45,132 bases of DNA, from the NCBI GenBank assembly GCA_903834665.1, contig CAILJY010000070.1:1-45132 (forward strand), written 5' to 3'. The notes under the pieces were generated by a model that saw nothing but the letters and a program-made list of their open reading frames with translations, was not told the DNA's origin and searched no databases. The translations under genes were made by a program, and so were the position numbers. Each line of letters opens with the position of its first letter. The stretch's first letter is position 1. The stretch comes from an uncultured bacterium. GTDB lineage: Bacteria > Patescibacteriota > Minisyncoccia > Phycocordibacterales > UBA9973. Of this stretch, positions 7,586-18,000 are shown in pieces.

Positions 7586-9094
7586 TTATTTAACTACGAT
7601 TATACAAGCCTCAAGTACATCGCCAGGAGCAATATCTATTTTTGATTCTACTTGTATTCCACAATCATTTCCTTCTAGTATTTCTTTGGATTTGATTTTA
7701 TTTGTTTGTAGTTCTACTATTTTTCCATTTCCAATTTCAAAATCTCGACGGATAATACGAACTTTACTTCCGAGTGTTATTTTACCAGTGGTAACTTTCC
7801 CACCTATAACTTGTTTGTCTTTAGTCGCTCCGAATGTTTTAAGAATTTTTATTGAACCGATGACTTCTATTGTTTCTTGTCGAGGTCTGCGTTCTTCTTT
7901 TATTTCTTTGAGCCAGTCTGTAAGTTTATATATTATTTCAAAAGTTTCAACTTTAACTTTTAAAGAATCATTCATATCTCTTGCTCCATTGTCTAGTTTG
8001 GTATTGAAGCCGACAATGACACTTTCTTTATTGATACTTCCCATTTTTAGGTCAGATTCATTTATCGCTCCAACCCCACTACTGATTATTTTAAATGAGA
8101 TCTCCTCATTATTTAATTTATTAATTTCTTTTTCTATGGCTTCAATAGAACCCATAACATCAGTCTTGATTACAATTGGAATTATTTTACCAGTTTGAGA
8201 CACTTTATCCTCTGTAGTTTTATTATTTAAAATTTCATTCTTTATATTATTAACATAATTTTCTGCTTCTTTTTTAGTTTTGAAAGATTGAAAAATATTT
8301 CCAACATCTGGCATAGATTCAAAACCAACAAGTCGAATAGGGGAGGAAAAAGTAGCTTCTTTGATTGGTAGTCCTTTAAAATTTTCCAATATACGAGTAG
8401 TGACTATTGCTTGTCCTGTAGCTACAAACATTCCTGCCTTTAATGTTCCATCTTTGATAACACAAGTAGCCGAAATCCCACGTTTTGGGTCACGTTTTGC
8501 TTCTATTATTACTCCAGTAGCATTTAAAGATGAATCTCCTTTAAATTCTTGTAAATCAGCTACGAGAATAATCATATCTAAAAGTTCTTCTACTCCAGCT
8601 CCTGTTTTAGATGAAATATTAACAAAAGGGATATCTCCACCTTGTCCTTCGAGGTAGATCCCTTTTTCTGCTAGATCCATTTTAGTTTTTTCTATATTAG
8701 CATTTGGTTTGTCTATTTTATTTATTGCCACAATATATGGAACTTTATTTTCGATAATTGTTTTATATGCTTCCAATGTTTGAGCTTTGACGCCATCTTC
8801 AGATGAAACAACAAGGATTGCAATATCGGCAGCTTCTGCCCCACGTGTTCTCATTTTAGAAAATGCTTCATGTCCTGGGGTATCTAAAAATGTGATAAGT
8901 CGGTTATTGCCATTCTCATCTTTTTTTACAACTTCATAAGCACTTATGTGTTGAGTTATTCCTCCAGCTTCACTCTCTACAATGTTTGATTTTCTTATAT
9001 AATCAAGAAGAGTTGATTTGCCATGGTCAACATGCCCCATAACAACTACTACGGGCGGACGAATTTTTTCATTTTTTTGTATTTTTTCTTGCAT
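7586..9094 (-). CDS. infB: Translation initiation factor IF-2, short form starting at the G domain
   Basis: 502 aa. G1 motif VVVVMGHVDHGKSTLLD, then DTPGHEAF and NKIDK. The long N-terminal region of most bacterial IF-2 proteins is missing. Confidence 0.9.
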   Translation of the reverse strand: MQEKIQKNEKIRPPVVVVMGHVDHGKSTLLDYIRKSNIVESEAGGITQHISAYEVVKKDENGNNRLITFLDTPGHEAFSKMRTRGAEAADIAILVVSSEDGVKAQTLEAYKTIIENKVPYIVAINKIDKPNANIEKTKMDLAEKGIYLEGQGGDIPFVNISSKTGAGVEELLDMIILVADLQEFKGDSSLNATGVIIEAKRDPKRGISATCVIKDGTLKAGMFVATGQAIVTTRILENFKGLPIKEATFSSPIRLVGFESMPDVGNIFQSFKTKKEAENYVNNIKNEILNNKTTEDKVSQTGKIIPIVIKTDVMGSIEAIEKEINKLNNEEISFKIISSGVGAINESDLKMGSINKESVIVGFNTKLDNGARDMNDSLKVKVETFEIIYKLTDWLKEIKEERRPRQETIEVIGSIKILKTFGATKDKQVIGGKVTTGKITLGSKVRIIRRDFEIGNGKIVELQTNKIKSKEILEGNDCGIQVESKIDIAPGDVLEACIIVVK

Positions 9095-9123
9095 ATAATT
9101 GATTGAGATCGAAATGATAATAA

Positions 9124-9567
9124 CTATTTTGCTTTTTCTAAAACTTCTTTTTCTTCATTTGATAATTCAAAATCAGATTTTCCGTTAATAATTGGCTTAG
9201 CAAATATACTCATTCGATCGCGAGCGTATAAACTAGACATTACAACTCCATTACCTTCATCATTCAAAAAAGCTATAGCAAAACTTTGATTGCCTCCTGC
9301 ATCTACAAAAGGGTTAAATCTTATTGTTTCAATACTTCGAATAGATTTGTTGAGCTTGGAGTCTACTTCTGCGAGGTGTTTATCAATTTTTAATTGTGTT
9401 TCATCTAATTTATTTATTTTTTCACCGACAATAACTATCATTTCTTCTAAGTTTCGAGCTTTTGTCCCCGCAAAGATTTTCTTTAATCGGTACTCGATCA
9501 TTAATATCCAAAATAAGACAATGATAACAACGGCTGAAATTATATAAAATAAAATAGTAGTATTCAT
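9124..9567 (-). CDS. DUF4446-family membrane-anchored protein
   Basis: 147 aa with an N-terminal TM helix, a coiled-coil region, and RFNPFVDAGGNQSFAIAFLNDEGNGVVMSSLYARD, which is typical of DUF4446. Confidence 0.65.
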   Translation of the reverse strand: MNTTILFYIISAVVIIVLFWILMIEYRLKKIFAGTKARNLEEMIVIVGEKINKLDETQLKIDKHLAEVDSKLNKSIRSIETIRFNPFVDAGGNQSFAIAFLNDEGNGVVMSSLYARDRMSIFAKPIINGKSDFELSNEEKEVLEKAK

Positions 9568-9662
9568 AACTTAAAGGAGTATATACCAATAAGGGTTTTT
9601 TTACAATGCTGTTGTGTTTAAATTAATTTTTAAAATTAAACATAGGATGATATAGTAATAGT

Positions 9663-10967
9663 ATGTTATTAATAAAGAAAAATATATATTTGGATAATGC
9701 TGGAGCAACTAAAGTAGATAAAGATGTTCGAAAGATCATGGCTTTTTCGGAAAAGATGTTTTTTGCAAACCCGAGTGCTATTTATAAAGACGGAGTAGAA
9801 GTTCGAAATAAGATAGAGGAAGAAAGAACAAAAATAGCCAAACAGATAAATGCTCATAATGATGAGATTATTATAACTTCTAGCGGGACAGAAAGTGATG
9901 CCATGGCAATTTTGGGAACAATTAATAATTATGAATTAAGAATTAAGAATGAAAAGTTAGAATATAAAATTCCACACATTGTAACTTCTAAAATAGAACA
10001 CCCTGCAGTCATGGAAAATTGTCGCTATTTGGAAGATAATGGCAGGGCAGAAGTAACGTATGTTGGAGTTGATAAAAATGGCCTAATTAATTTAGAAGAA
10101 TTAAAAGACTCTTTAAAAGAGAATACAATTCTAGTTTCTATTATGTATGCCAATAATGAGATTGGAACGATTGAACCAATAGAAGAAATTGCAAAAATAA
10201 TACGACATTTTAAGAAAATAAAACAGGGAAAAGAAAATAATTTTTTTGGGTTCTCGGACGAGGGAGGAAGAGGGGCCAGACCCTTCAATAATCATTTTGT
10301 TTTCCCTATTTTTCATACTGATGCGTGTCAGGCTATGAATTATTTATTTACAGAAAATATAGAAAAATTAGGAGTTGATCTGTTGTCTTTTAATAGTTCA
10401 AAAATTTATGGACCAAAAGGAATAGGAATTCTTTATAAAAAACGTAATGTTGATATTTGCCCTTTATATATGGGAGGTGGGCAAGAATTTGGTTTGCATT
10501 CTGGGACAGAAAGTATTTCTCTAATAAAAGGTATATCTCTTGCTTTGGAGATAACAAATAAGATTAAAGAGAAAGAAAATAAAAGACTTACTAAAATTCG
10601 CGATTATGCAATTGATAAATTATTATCTTTATCAGGATTGTATGGATATAAGATAATTCTAAATGGTGGTAGAGAAAATAGATTATCAAACAATGTTAAT
10701 ATTTCAATATCAAATATTTCAAGTGAACTTTTAGTAATTGAATTATCAGCTCAAGGGATTTTTGTTTCAGAGAAAAGTGCTTGTAAAAGTAATGATGATG
10801 GTAAATCTTATGTCATAGATGCAATAAGAAAAGTATGTCCGAGAGATGGGGTTGTTGCAGATGGTTCTTTACGTATTTCATTTGGAAGAGACAATAAGAT
10901 GAGGGATGTGGACGTATTATACAAGGGATTAAGGAAAATTTTAGAGAAATATAAAAACTGGAAATAG
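9663..10967 (+). CDS. Cysteine desulfurase (class V aminotransferase, NifS/IscS-like) carrying an in-frame 81-bp insertion
   Basis: 434 aa. Motifs SSGTESDAMAILG, HTDACQAM and PLP-lysine motif SSKIYGPKGIGILY. The GC-rich insertion encodes ...GKENNFFGFSDEGGRGARPFNNHFVFP... Confidence 0.85.
   Translation: MLLIKKNIYLDNAGATKVDKDVRKIMAFSEKMFFANPSAIYKDGVEVRNKIEEERTKIAKQINAHNDEIIITSSGTESDAMAILGTINNYELRIKNEKLEYKIPHIVTSKIEHPAVMENCRYLEDNGRAEVTYVGVDKNGLINLEELKDSLKENTILVSIMYANNEIGTIEPIEEIAKIIRHFKKIKQGKENNFFGFSDEGGRGARPFNNHFVFPIFHTDACQAMNYLFTENIEKLGVDLLSFNSSKIYGPKGIGILYKKRNVDICPLYMGGGQEFGLHSGTESISLIKGISLALEITNKIKEKENKRLTKIRDYAIDKLLSLSGLYGYKIILNGGRENRLSNNVNISISNISSELLVIELSAQGIFVSEKSACKSNDDGKSYVIDAIRKVCPRDGVVADGSLRISFGRDNKMRDVDVLYKGLRKILEKYKNWK
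10226..10306. repeat. 81-bp GC-rich-core palindromic element inside the cysteine desulfurase CDS
   Basis: Core ggttctcggacgagggaggaagaggggccagacc matches 32/34 positions of the dus copy at 28950-28983. Flanks gggaaaagaaaataatt and aataatcattttgttttccc are inverted repeats. Length is 27 codons. Confidence 0.7.
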
Positions 10968-10993
10968 AAAGTAAAAGATGGTATAATAAGTAT

Positions 10994-11560
10994 ATGGATA
11001 TTAAAGAATTAGATAAAAAACAACTTATATTACTTACTTTATTAATAACTTTTATTGTGTCTATAGCCACAGGGATTGTTACAGTTTCCTTAATGAATCA
11101 AATGCCCAAAAGTGTCCCACAGACAATAAATAATGTTATCCAGCGTACAATAGAAAAAGTTACGACCGTTGAAGTTCCAGTTTCAAATACAGAAAAGGTT
11201 AAAGATACTAGTCCAAATAATTCTATTTCTTTTTTAGGGAGCGATGATGCATTGGTTTCGATTTATAAAAAAGATAAAGAAATAGTTTCTGTCCCAGCTG
11301 ATTCTGTTGATCCAGAAGTAAAAGAAGAGATTGTTCAAGAAGAGATAAAACCAATTGGACAAGGAGTTATTATTTCAGATGTTGGATTAATTCTTATTGA
11401 TTCTAGTTTAATAACAGATTTAGATTTATATAAAGTTGTTTTAAACCAGAAAGATTTTGATTTGTCTATTTTAAAAAGATTTAATAATGGGTTTACTATT
11501 ATGAAAATCTCTTCCACGAAAGAAGAAAATTCTATTAAGAAAGAAAATAAAACACAATAA
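10994..11560 (+). CDS. Hypothetical membrane-anchored protein
   Basis: 188 aa with a single N-terminal TM helix. I recognise no motif. Confidence 0.5.
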   Translation: MDIKELDKKQLILLTLLITFIVSIATGIVTVSLMNQMPKSVPQTINNVIQRTIEKVTTVEVPVSNTEKVKDTSPNNSISFLGSDDALVSIYKKDKEIVSVPADSVDPEVKEEIVQEEIKPIGQGVIISDVGLILIDSSLITDLDLYKVVLNQKDFDLSILKRFNNGFTIMKISSTKEENSIKKENKTQ

Positions 11561-11623
11561 GAAATATCTAACCGTATTTAATTTATGATTCGTAATTATT
11601 AATTTTTAATTAATTATTTATAT

Positions 11624-14317
11624 ATGCCACCATTTAATAATTTTACAACTAAAGCAAAAGAGGTAATACGTAAGGCTCATGAGCTTGCTATTGAACGTGG
11701 CCAAAACCATGTTAATTCTTTACATCTATTAACTTCTCTTTTAACCCAAGAAGATTCTTTGGTTATATCTATATTAGATAAAATGGAAGTTGATACATTA
11801 CTTCTAACAGATAATCTGATAGAAATGATTGAATCTCCTGAAAGTCGGAATACTCTTTCTCCCTCATATCAGATTTATTTAACTCCAGATCTTGCTCAAG
11901 TGATAGAAAATTCGAGCAAAGTGGCTACTTCTTTGAAAGATGAATTTGTTTCGACAGAGCATTTATTTGTTTCACTTTTAGAAATTCCTGGAGAGGTTCG
12001 AGAATTTTTAGGACGTTTCAAAATAAACAAAGATTTAGTTCTTGATGTTCTAAAATTACTTCGTAATGAAAATACTAATAATTCTAATATTTCAAAAAAA
12101 CCTAAACTGTTAACAAAATTTACTAGAAATTTAACTTCATTAGCCAAAGAAGACAAACTAGACCCTGTCATAGGAAGAGATAAAGAAATCATGCGTATGA
12201 TGCAGATACTTTCTCGTCGTACCAAAAATAATCCAATCTTAATAGGTGAAGCAGGTACTGGGAAGACTGCTGTTGCTGAAGCTCTTGCTATCCGTATTGC
12301 CAAAAACGATGTACCTGAAAGTTTGAAGGATAAAGAAGTTGTCTCCCTTGACCTTGGTTTATTATTATCAGGAACAAAATATAGAGGAGAATTTGAAGAA
12401 AGACTTCGTGGAATTATGAAAGAGATCGAAAGATCCAATGGTAAGATAATTCTTTTTATAGATGAGATTCATACAATAGTTGGAGCTGGATCTTCAGAAG
12501 GATCACTGGATGCTTCAAATATGTTAAAACCTGCTCTTGCTCGTGGGGAACTTCGTGCGATAGGAGCTACAACCTTAAAAGAATATCAAAAACATATTGA
12601 GAAGGATCCTGCTCTTGCTCGACGTTTTCAGCCTGTATTTATTGATGAACCAAATATTGATGATGCGATTGCCATTCTTCGTGGTTTAAAAGAAAAATAT
12701 GAACTTTTCCATGGTGTACGTATCACTGATGAAGCAATAATAAGTGCTGTTAATTTGAGTTCTCGATATATTACAAATAGATATTTACCAGATAAAGCTG
12801 TTGACCTTATTGATGAAGCTTCGTCTTCTTTACGTTTAGCTCTCGAAAATAAGCCTCAAGTGTTAGAAGATGCTGATAGAAAAATCATGCGTTTTGAAAT
12901 AGAAAAAGAAGCTTTGATGAAAGATATAACAAGAGAAAAACAATCTCAAAATAAAGAAGCAAGATTAAGAATGAAAGATATTGAAAAAGAAATTGCTAAT
13001 CTTAAAGAAAAAACTCATGAGCTTGAATTAAAATGGAAAAATGAAAAAGAAACCGTATTAGAAATTCGTAATATAAAAAAAGAGTTGGAATCACTTAGAA
13101 TTGAGGCAGAAAATGCCGAGATGAAAGCCGATCTAACTAGAGCTGCGGAAATAAGATATGGAGATATTCCTGATTTACAAAATAAATTATCAACAAAACT
13201 TTCTCGCCTTAAGAAACTTCAAAGATCTCGTCGTATTTTAAAAGAAGAAATAAATGCAGAAGATATTGCGTCAGTGGTAGCACGTTGGACTGGTATTCCG
13301 CTTGAAAAAATGCTTGAAGAAGAATTGAATAAATTAGCTAAATTAGAAGATAATTTACGCTTACGTGTTGTGGGGCAAGATTTAGCGATAAAAAAGATTT
13401 CAGATGTTGTCCGTCGTAATCGTGCGGGTATTTCTGATCCCAATAAACCAATTGGTTCTTTTATTTTTCTTGGGCCAACAGGAGTGGGGAAAACAGAGCT
13501 TACTAAAGCTTTAGCTTCTTTTATGTTTAATGATGATAAGGCTCTGATTCGAGTTGACATGAGTGAATACATGGAACGTCATAGTGTTTCTAAATTAATT
13601 GGTTCACCTCCTGGATATGTCGGTTATGATGAATCTGGTAATCTAACAGAAGCTGTCAGGCACCGTCCTTATTCAGTAATTTTGTTTGATGAAATAGAAA
13701 AAGCTCATCCAGAAGTTTTTAATATTTTACTTCAAGTATTAGATGAGGGGCGTCTTACTGATGCAAAAGGTAGAGTTGTAAATTTTAAAAATTCAATAAT
13801 TATTTTGACGTCAAATATAGGAACTCAGTTTATAGAGAAGATGGAATCACTTGGTTTCACCAACAATTCTAAAATAGATGAATATAATCAGACCAAAGAA
13901 AAAGTTATGAGTTCTCTCAAAGATCATTTTAGACCAGAATTTTTGAATCGATTAGATGATATTATTGTTTTTGATATTTTACCACCTGAAGTTATAAGAA
14001 AAATTGTTGATATTAAAATAGAAATTATCCGTGAACGTTTGTTATTGAAGGGAATTTCTTTAGATATTTCAGAAGACGCATTAACTTATCTTGGAAAAGA
14101 AGGTTACAATCCACATTATGGAGCACGCCCACTGGGACGTTTAATTCAAGATAAAATATTAAATCCTGTTGCGATGTTTATTATTTCTAAAGGAATAAAA
14201 AAAGGAGATACTGTTTATGTCACTATGAAGGATAATGAAATGTTGATAGAAATGAAAAAAGTTAAAATTAAATCAAACATGAGAATTTTAAAAACACCTA
14301 TTAAAAATATTAAATAA
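11624..14317 (+). CDS. clpB: ATP-dependent chaperone ClpB
   Basis: 897 aa with a Clp N domain, two AAA+ modules ([18 protein letters not shown]) and a long middle coiled-coil domain. Confidence 0.92.
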   Translation: MPPFNNFTTKAKEVIRKAHELAIERGQNHVNSLHLLTSLLTQEDSLVISILDKMEVDTLLLTDNLIEMIESPESRNTLSPSYQIYLTPDLAQVIENSSKVATSLKDEFVSTEHLFVSLLEIPGEVREFLGRFKINKDLVLDVLKLLRNENTNNSNISKKPKLLTKFTRNLTSLAKEDKLDPVIGRDKEIMRMMQILSRRTKNNPILIGEAGTGKTAVAEALAIRIAKNDVPESLKDKEVVSLDLGLLLSGTKYRGEFEERLRGIMKEIERSNGKIILFIDEIHTIVGAGSSEGSLDASNMLKPALARGELRAIGATTLKEYQKHIEKDPALARRFQPVFIDEPNIDDAIAILRGLKEKYELFHGVRITDEAIISAVNLSSRYITNRYLPDKAVDLIDEASSSLRLALENKPQVLEDADRKIMRFEIEKEALMKDITREKQSQNKEARLRMKDIEKEIANLKEKTHELELKWKNEKETVLEIRNIKKELESLRIEAENAEMKADLTRAAEIRYGDIPDLQNKLSTKLSRLKKLQRSRRILKEEINAEDIASVVARWTGIPLEKMLEEELNKLAKLEDNLRLRVVGQDLAIKKISDVVRRNRAGISDPNKPIGSFIFLGPTGVGKTELTKALASFMFNDDKALIRVDMSEYMERHSVSKLIGSPPGYVGYDESGNLTEAVRHRPYSVILFDEIEKAHPEVFNILLQVLDEGRLTDAKGRVVNFKNSIIILTSNIGTQFIEKMESLGFTNNSKIDEYNQTKEKVMSSLKDHFRPEFLNRLDDIIVFDILPPEVIRKIVDIKIEIIRERLLLKGISLDISEDALTYLGKEGYNPHYGARPLGRLIQDKILNPVAMFIISKGIKKGDTVYVTMKDNEMLIEMKKVKIKSNMRILKTPIKNIK

Positions 14318-14319
14318 TC

Positions 14320-14348
14320 TTGACTTTTTAACCTTATAAATGTAAAGT
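14320..14348 (+). promoter_or_regulatory. Candidate promoter of hppA
   Basis: TTGACT (14320-14325), 17-nt spacer, TAAAGT (14343-14348). Confidence 0.4.
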
Positions 14349-14393
14349 AAGGGAAATTTTTCTATTGTTCCACAAATCTTAATATTAAAAAAA

Positions 14394-16838
14394 ATGAAAA
14401 AATTAAGTATTTTTTCCGCTATGTTTTTATTGGCGCAGTCTGTATTTGCTTCAGAAGCAAATCTTCGAATCCCCGATCTGCATGCTGCAACTTTTCCTCA
14501 TTTTGGAGGAATAGATGGCTGGCATTTATTACTGTTCGGCTCATTGGTAATTATCGGTACACTTGGTATTAGCTTGTATTTGTTCAAACAAATTAAAGCT
14601 TTGCCCGCCCACAAATCCATGCTTGATGTTGCCAGTACGATTTATAAAACATGTCGTACTTATTTATTGCAACAGGGTAAGTTTTTGGCTATTCTTTTCG
14701 GAATTATTTCCGTGGCAATTATTTATTACTTATCAATGGCAAATGCTGAAGCAACCGGTCCGGATTCTTTATCTACACCGGTAGTTGTAGTTTTAGTTTT
14801 ATTGTTTTCAATTGTTGGTATGGGAGGTTCTTATGCTGTTGCATGGTATGGTATTCGTATTAATACCTATGCAAATGCAAGAACTGCTTTTGCCTCTTTG
14901 AAAAAACGCCCCTGGGATGTGGTAAATATACCATTACGTTCTGGTATTTCTGTGGGATTATTTTTAATTTCATTGGAATTGGTAATGATGATTATCATTT
15001 TACTATTTGTTCCTCGTAACATTGTCGGCTATTGTTTTTTAGGTTTTGCGATTGGTGAATCACTTGGTGCTTCTGTACTTCGTATCGCCGGTGGTATTTT
15101 TACAAAAATTGCAGACATTGGTTCCGACTTGATGAAAATCGTTTTCAAAGTAAAAGAAGATGATCCACGTAACCCCGGAGTTATTGCTGATTGTACAGGT
15201 GACAATGCTGGCGACAGTGTTGGTCCTACTGCTGATGCTTTTGAAACTTATGGGGTAACAGGTGTTGCCCTTATTTCATTTATTTCCTTAGCTGTGACAG
15301 AAATTGACCTGCAGGCGAAATTAATTGTATGGATTTTTGGTATGCGTTTCTTAATGGATATCTTTTCTGGTATCTCTTATTTTGTAAACAATGCAATTTC
15401 GGAAAAAAAATACGGCAAATCATTGGATTTTGATTTTGAAAAACCATTGACCCGTTTAATTTGGATTGCTGCAATATCTTGTATCGCAATTAGTTTTGGA
15501 ATGAGTTATGTACTTATTGGCGATATCACTGTTGGAGGTATCCTCGTCAGTGGTTTATGGTGGAAATTAGCTGGTATTATAAGTTTGGGTACTTTGGCCG
15601 CGGTTCTTATCCCAGAATTCACTAAGAAATTTACGAGCTCAAAATCTGATCACGTACATGAAATCGTTACAGCTTCGCGTGAGGGGGGCCCATCTCTAAC
15701 AATACTTTCTGGTATTGTTGCAGGTAATTTTGCTGCTTATTGGATGGGACTTCTTATGGTTGCTTTGATGGCTGGTGGTTTCTTTATTAGCCAAAATCTA
15801 GGATTGAGTGAAGCTGCTATGGGTTACCAAAGTATCTTTGCATTTGGCTTGGTTGCTTTTGGTTTCCTATGTATGGGTCCTGTTACTATTGCAGTTGATA
15901 ATTATGGGCCTATTACTGATAATGCTCAATCTGTTTTTGAATTATCACAAATTGAACAAATTCCAGGCATTAGTAAAGAGATTGAAAAAGATTTTGGTTT
16001 CACTCCTGATTTTGAGAGAGGGAAACATTATCTGGAAGCAAATGACTCAGCTGGGAATACATTTAAAGCTACTGCAAAACCTGTACTGATTGGCACTGCT
16101 GTCGCTGGTGCAACTACTATGATTTTCTCTATCATTCTTTTATTAAAAAGTGTTGGTATGTTAAGTCTTGAGTTGACACAAGCTCCTATATTGTTAGGTC
16201 TTATCACCGGTGGTGCAATGATTTTCTGGTTCTCTGGTGCATCTATTCAAGCTGTAACAACAGGGGCTTATCGTGCTGTTGAGTATATAAAGAAACATAT
16301 GAAATTGGATAAAACACAGGCTGATGAAAAAGATTCTATTGAAGTAGTAAAAATATGTACACAATATGCCCAAAATGGTATGTGGAATATTTTTATCACA
16401 CTTATGACAGCGACGCTTGCTTTTGCATTATTTGATCCAAATTTCTTTGTAGCTTATCTAATCTCCATTGCAATTTTTGGTTTATTTCAGGCTCTTTATA
16501 TGGCAAATGCCGGTGGTGCTTGGGATAATGCTAAAAAATTAGTGGAAGTCGATTTGAAAGAAAAAAATACTCCGCTTCATGATGCATCCGTGATCGGTGA
16601 TACAGTAGGTGATCCATTTAAGGACACAACTTCAGTTGCCCTAAATCCAATCATAAAGTTTTCTACTTTGTTTGGTTTACTGGCAGTAGAAATTGCAGTC
16701 AATATGTCGAATGTTGGGATCGATGGTATTAAACACTATACTCCAGCACACTTTATTATTGGAGGTATGTTGTTGATTATCTCGATGTATTTTGCTTGGC
16801 GTTCGTTTTATAAAATGCGGATTCCATTGGAAAAGTAA
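14394..16838 (+). CDS. hppA: Membrane-integral proton/sodium-translocating pyrophosphatase
   Basis: 814 aa with about 16 TM segments. Carries the conserved motifs GDNAGD and GDTVGDPFKDT. Confidence 0.92.
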   Translation: MKKLSIFSAMFLLAQSVFASEANLRIPDLHAATFPHFGGIDGWHLLLFGSLVIIGTLGISLYLFKQIKALPAHKSMLDVASTIYKTCRTYLLQQGKFLAILFGIISVAIIYYLSMANAEATGPDSLSTPVVVVLVLLFSIVGMGGSYAVAWYGIRINTYANARTAFASLKKRPWDVVNIPLRSGISVGLFLISLELVMMIIILLFVPRNIVGYCFLGFAIGESLGASVLRIAGGIFTKIADIGSDLMKIVFKVKEDDPRNPGVIADCTGDNAGDSVGPTADAFETYGVTGVALISFISLAVTEIDLQAKLIVWIFGMRFLMDIFSGISYFVNNAISEKKYGKSLDFDFEKPLTRLIWIAAISCIAISFGMSYVLIGDITVGGILVSGLWWKLAGIISLGTLAAVLIPEFTKKFTSSKSDHVHEIVTASREGGPSLTILSGIVAGNFAAYWMGLLMVALMAGGFFISQNLGLSEAAMGYQSIFAFGLVAFGFLCMGPVTIAVDNYGPITDNAQSVFELSQIEQIPGISKEIEKDFGFTPDFERGKHYLEANDSAGNTFKATAKPVLIGTAVAGATTMIFSIILLLKSVGMLSLELTQAPILLGLITGGAMIFWFSGASIQAVTTGAYRAVEYIKKHMKLDKTQADEKDSIEVVKICTQYAQNGMWNIFITLMTATLAFALFDPNFFVAYLISIAIFGLFQALYMANAGGAWDNAKKLVEVDLKEKNTPLHDASVIGDTVGDPFKDTTSVALNPIIKFSTLFGLLAVEIAVNMSNVGIDGIKHYTPAHFIIGGMLLIISMYFAWRSFYKMRIPLEK

Positions 16839-16863
16839 ATTCATTTTTTTTATTTAACAAAAT

Positions 16864-16894
16864 TCCCTTAAGCATGCTTAGGGGATTTTTTTTT
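16864..16894 (+). terminator. Intrinsic terminator of hppA
   Basis: tcccttaagc-at-gcttagggga followed by a T9 run. Confidence 0.7.
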
Positions 16895-16989
16895 AATTAT
16901 AAATTTTTTATTGATTTATATATGAACTTGTATTTTTTATAAAGTGGTATAAAATTAAAACAAATAGTTAATAATTCTAAAGATAAAAT

Positions 16990-17505
16990 ATGAAAAATGA
17001 AGAAAAAATATTATTTAACGCGACAGTCTGTCTTCCTGTTAGGGGAGATGAGGTTCTTCTTGCTATGAAGACTAGAAAGATTGGAGCTATGTGTTGGAAT
17101 GGATATGGTGGAGGGATAGAAGAAGGGGAGAATGCTATAACAGGAGTAATTAGAGAATTACAAGAAGAATCAGGATTGATAGCTACTCCAGATGATTTAG
17201 AAAAAATGGCAATTGTTGATTTTTATAATGAAAAAAGTGATGGAAGTACATACATTTGTCGAGTCCATTTCTTTTTATTAAAAAATTGGGAAGGTGAATT
17301 AATTGAGACAGAAGAAATGATTACTCCAACATTTTTTAAAATTAATGATTTGCCTTTTGATAAAATGATGCCAGCTGATCGAGAATATTTCCCATATATT
17401 TTAAATAAAAAGAAAGTCTATGTAAAATCTTATTATTCTCCTTTTCAAAAAGAATTAAAAAGAAAAGTTGAAATAAAAGAAGTCGAAGAACTTTCTGAAA
17501 ATTAA
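16990..17505 (+). CDS. NUDIX hydrolase (MutT-like)
   Basis: 171 aa with Nudix box GGGIEEGENAITGVIRELQEESGL. Confidence 0.85.
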   Translation: MKNEEKILFNATVCLPVRGDEVLLAMKTRKIGAMCWNGYGGGIEEGENAITGVIRELQEESGLIATPDDLEKMAIVDFYNEKSDGSTYICRVHFFLLKNWEGELIETEEMITPTFFKINDLPFDKMMPADREYFPYILNKKKVYVKSYYSPFQKELKRKVEIKEVEELSEN

Positions 17506-17515
17506 AATTTTAATA

Positions 17516-17545
17516 TACACAGGACCGTCCTGTGTAGTATTTTTC
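17516..17545 (+). terminator. Intrinsic terminator of the NUDIX gene
   Basis: tacacagga-ccg-tcctgtgta followed by gtatttttc. Confidence 0.65.
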
Positions 17546-17654
17546 TAAATCACCTCAAATAGGAATGAATGATTATTTGAGGTCTATTTGAAATTATAAT
17601 TTTACATCTACGCTATAGCTGAGATGTAATTATTAATAATAAAACAAAAGGACG

Positions 17655-17959
17655 AACTGAGTTTTCGAATTCTACACGCGAGACAAGCAGTTTATTTCGT
17701 TGGGTAGGAATTTCGATCCTTACAGGATCAGTACACCTTTTCCATTCGCGAGTACGCTCATATGGAAAAGGTTTTCGAATCCTACACGAAAGCCAATAAA
17801 TTGGCTTTCTCTCGGCGAGACAAGTAGTTTATTTCGTCGGGTAGGAATTTCGATCCTTACAGGATCAGTACACCTTTTCCGTTCGTGATTACACTCACAT
17901 GGAAAAGGTCTTCGAATCCTACACGAAAGCCAATAAATTGGTTTTCTCTCGGCGAGACA
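17655..17959 (+). ncRNA. Tandem array (2.3 x 137 nt) of the tRNA-end-mimic structured element, tRNA-Tyr-specific arms
   Basis: Units 17679-17815 and 17816-17952 differ at 9 of 137 positions. Truncated copies lie at 17661-17678 and 17953-17959. Stem substitutions are compensatory or give G-U pairs only on the plus strand. Confidence 0.6.
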
Positions 17960-17960
17960 T

Positions 17961-18000
17961 ATATAAAAATAACACAGCTGAAGCTGTGTTATTTTTATAT
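17961..18000. terminator. Perfect 18-4-18 palindromic bidirectional terminator between the repeat array and tRNA-Tyr
   Basis: atataaaaataacacagc-tgaa-gctgtgttatttttatat. Confidence 0.7.

Noticed and set aside
7686-13572. Antisense or internal ORFs within infB (7686-8198, 8361-8657), the DUF4446 gene (9290-9547), the cysteine desulfurase gene (9669-9857, 10025-10316), clpB (11896-12438, 13219-13572), and similar ones in hppA, relA/spoT, topA, dprA and others
   Set aside because: All lie inside well-supported conserved genes on the other strand or in another frame, with skewed composition. These are typical shadow ORFs.
17603-17631. Promoter TTACAT-N17-TGTAAT for the plus-strand repeat RNA
   Set aside because: Not listed as a feature. 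Its -35 and -10 hexamers are the two arms of a hairpin (ttacatct...agatgtaa), so the match may be incidental. The true start of any repeat transcript is unknown.
17655-17959. Possible CRISPR array or type III toxin-antitoxin RNA repeat
   Set aside because: The units are 137 nt and directly abutting, with no spacers. No cas gene or toxin gene is nearby. The repeats contain tRNA-derived segments, which neither system has.
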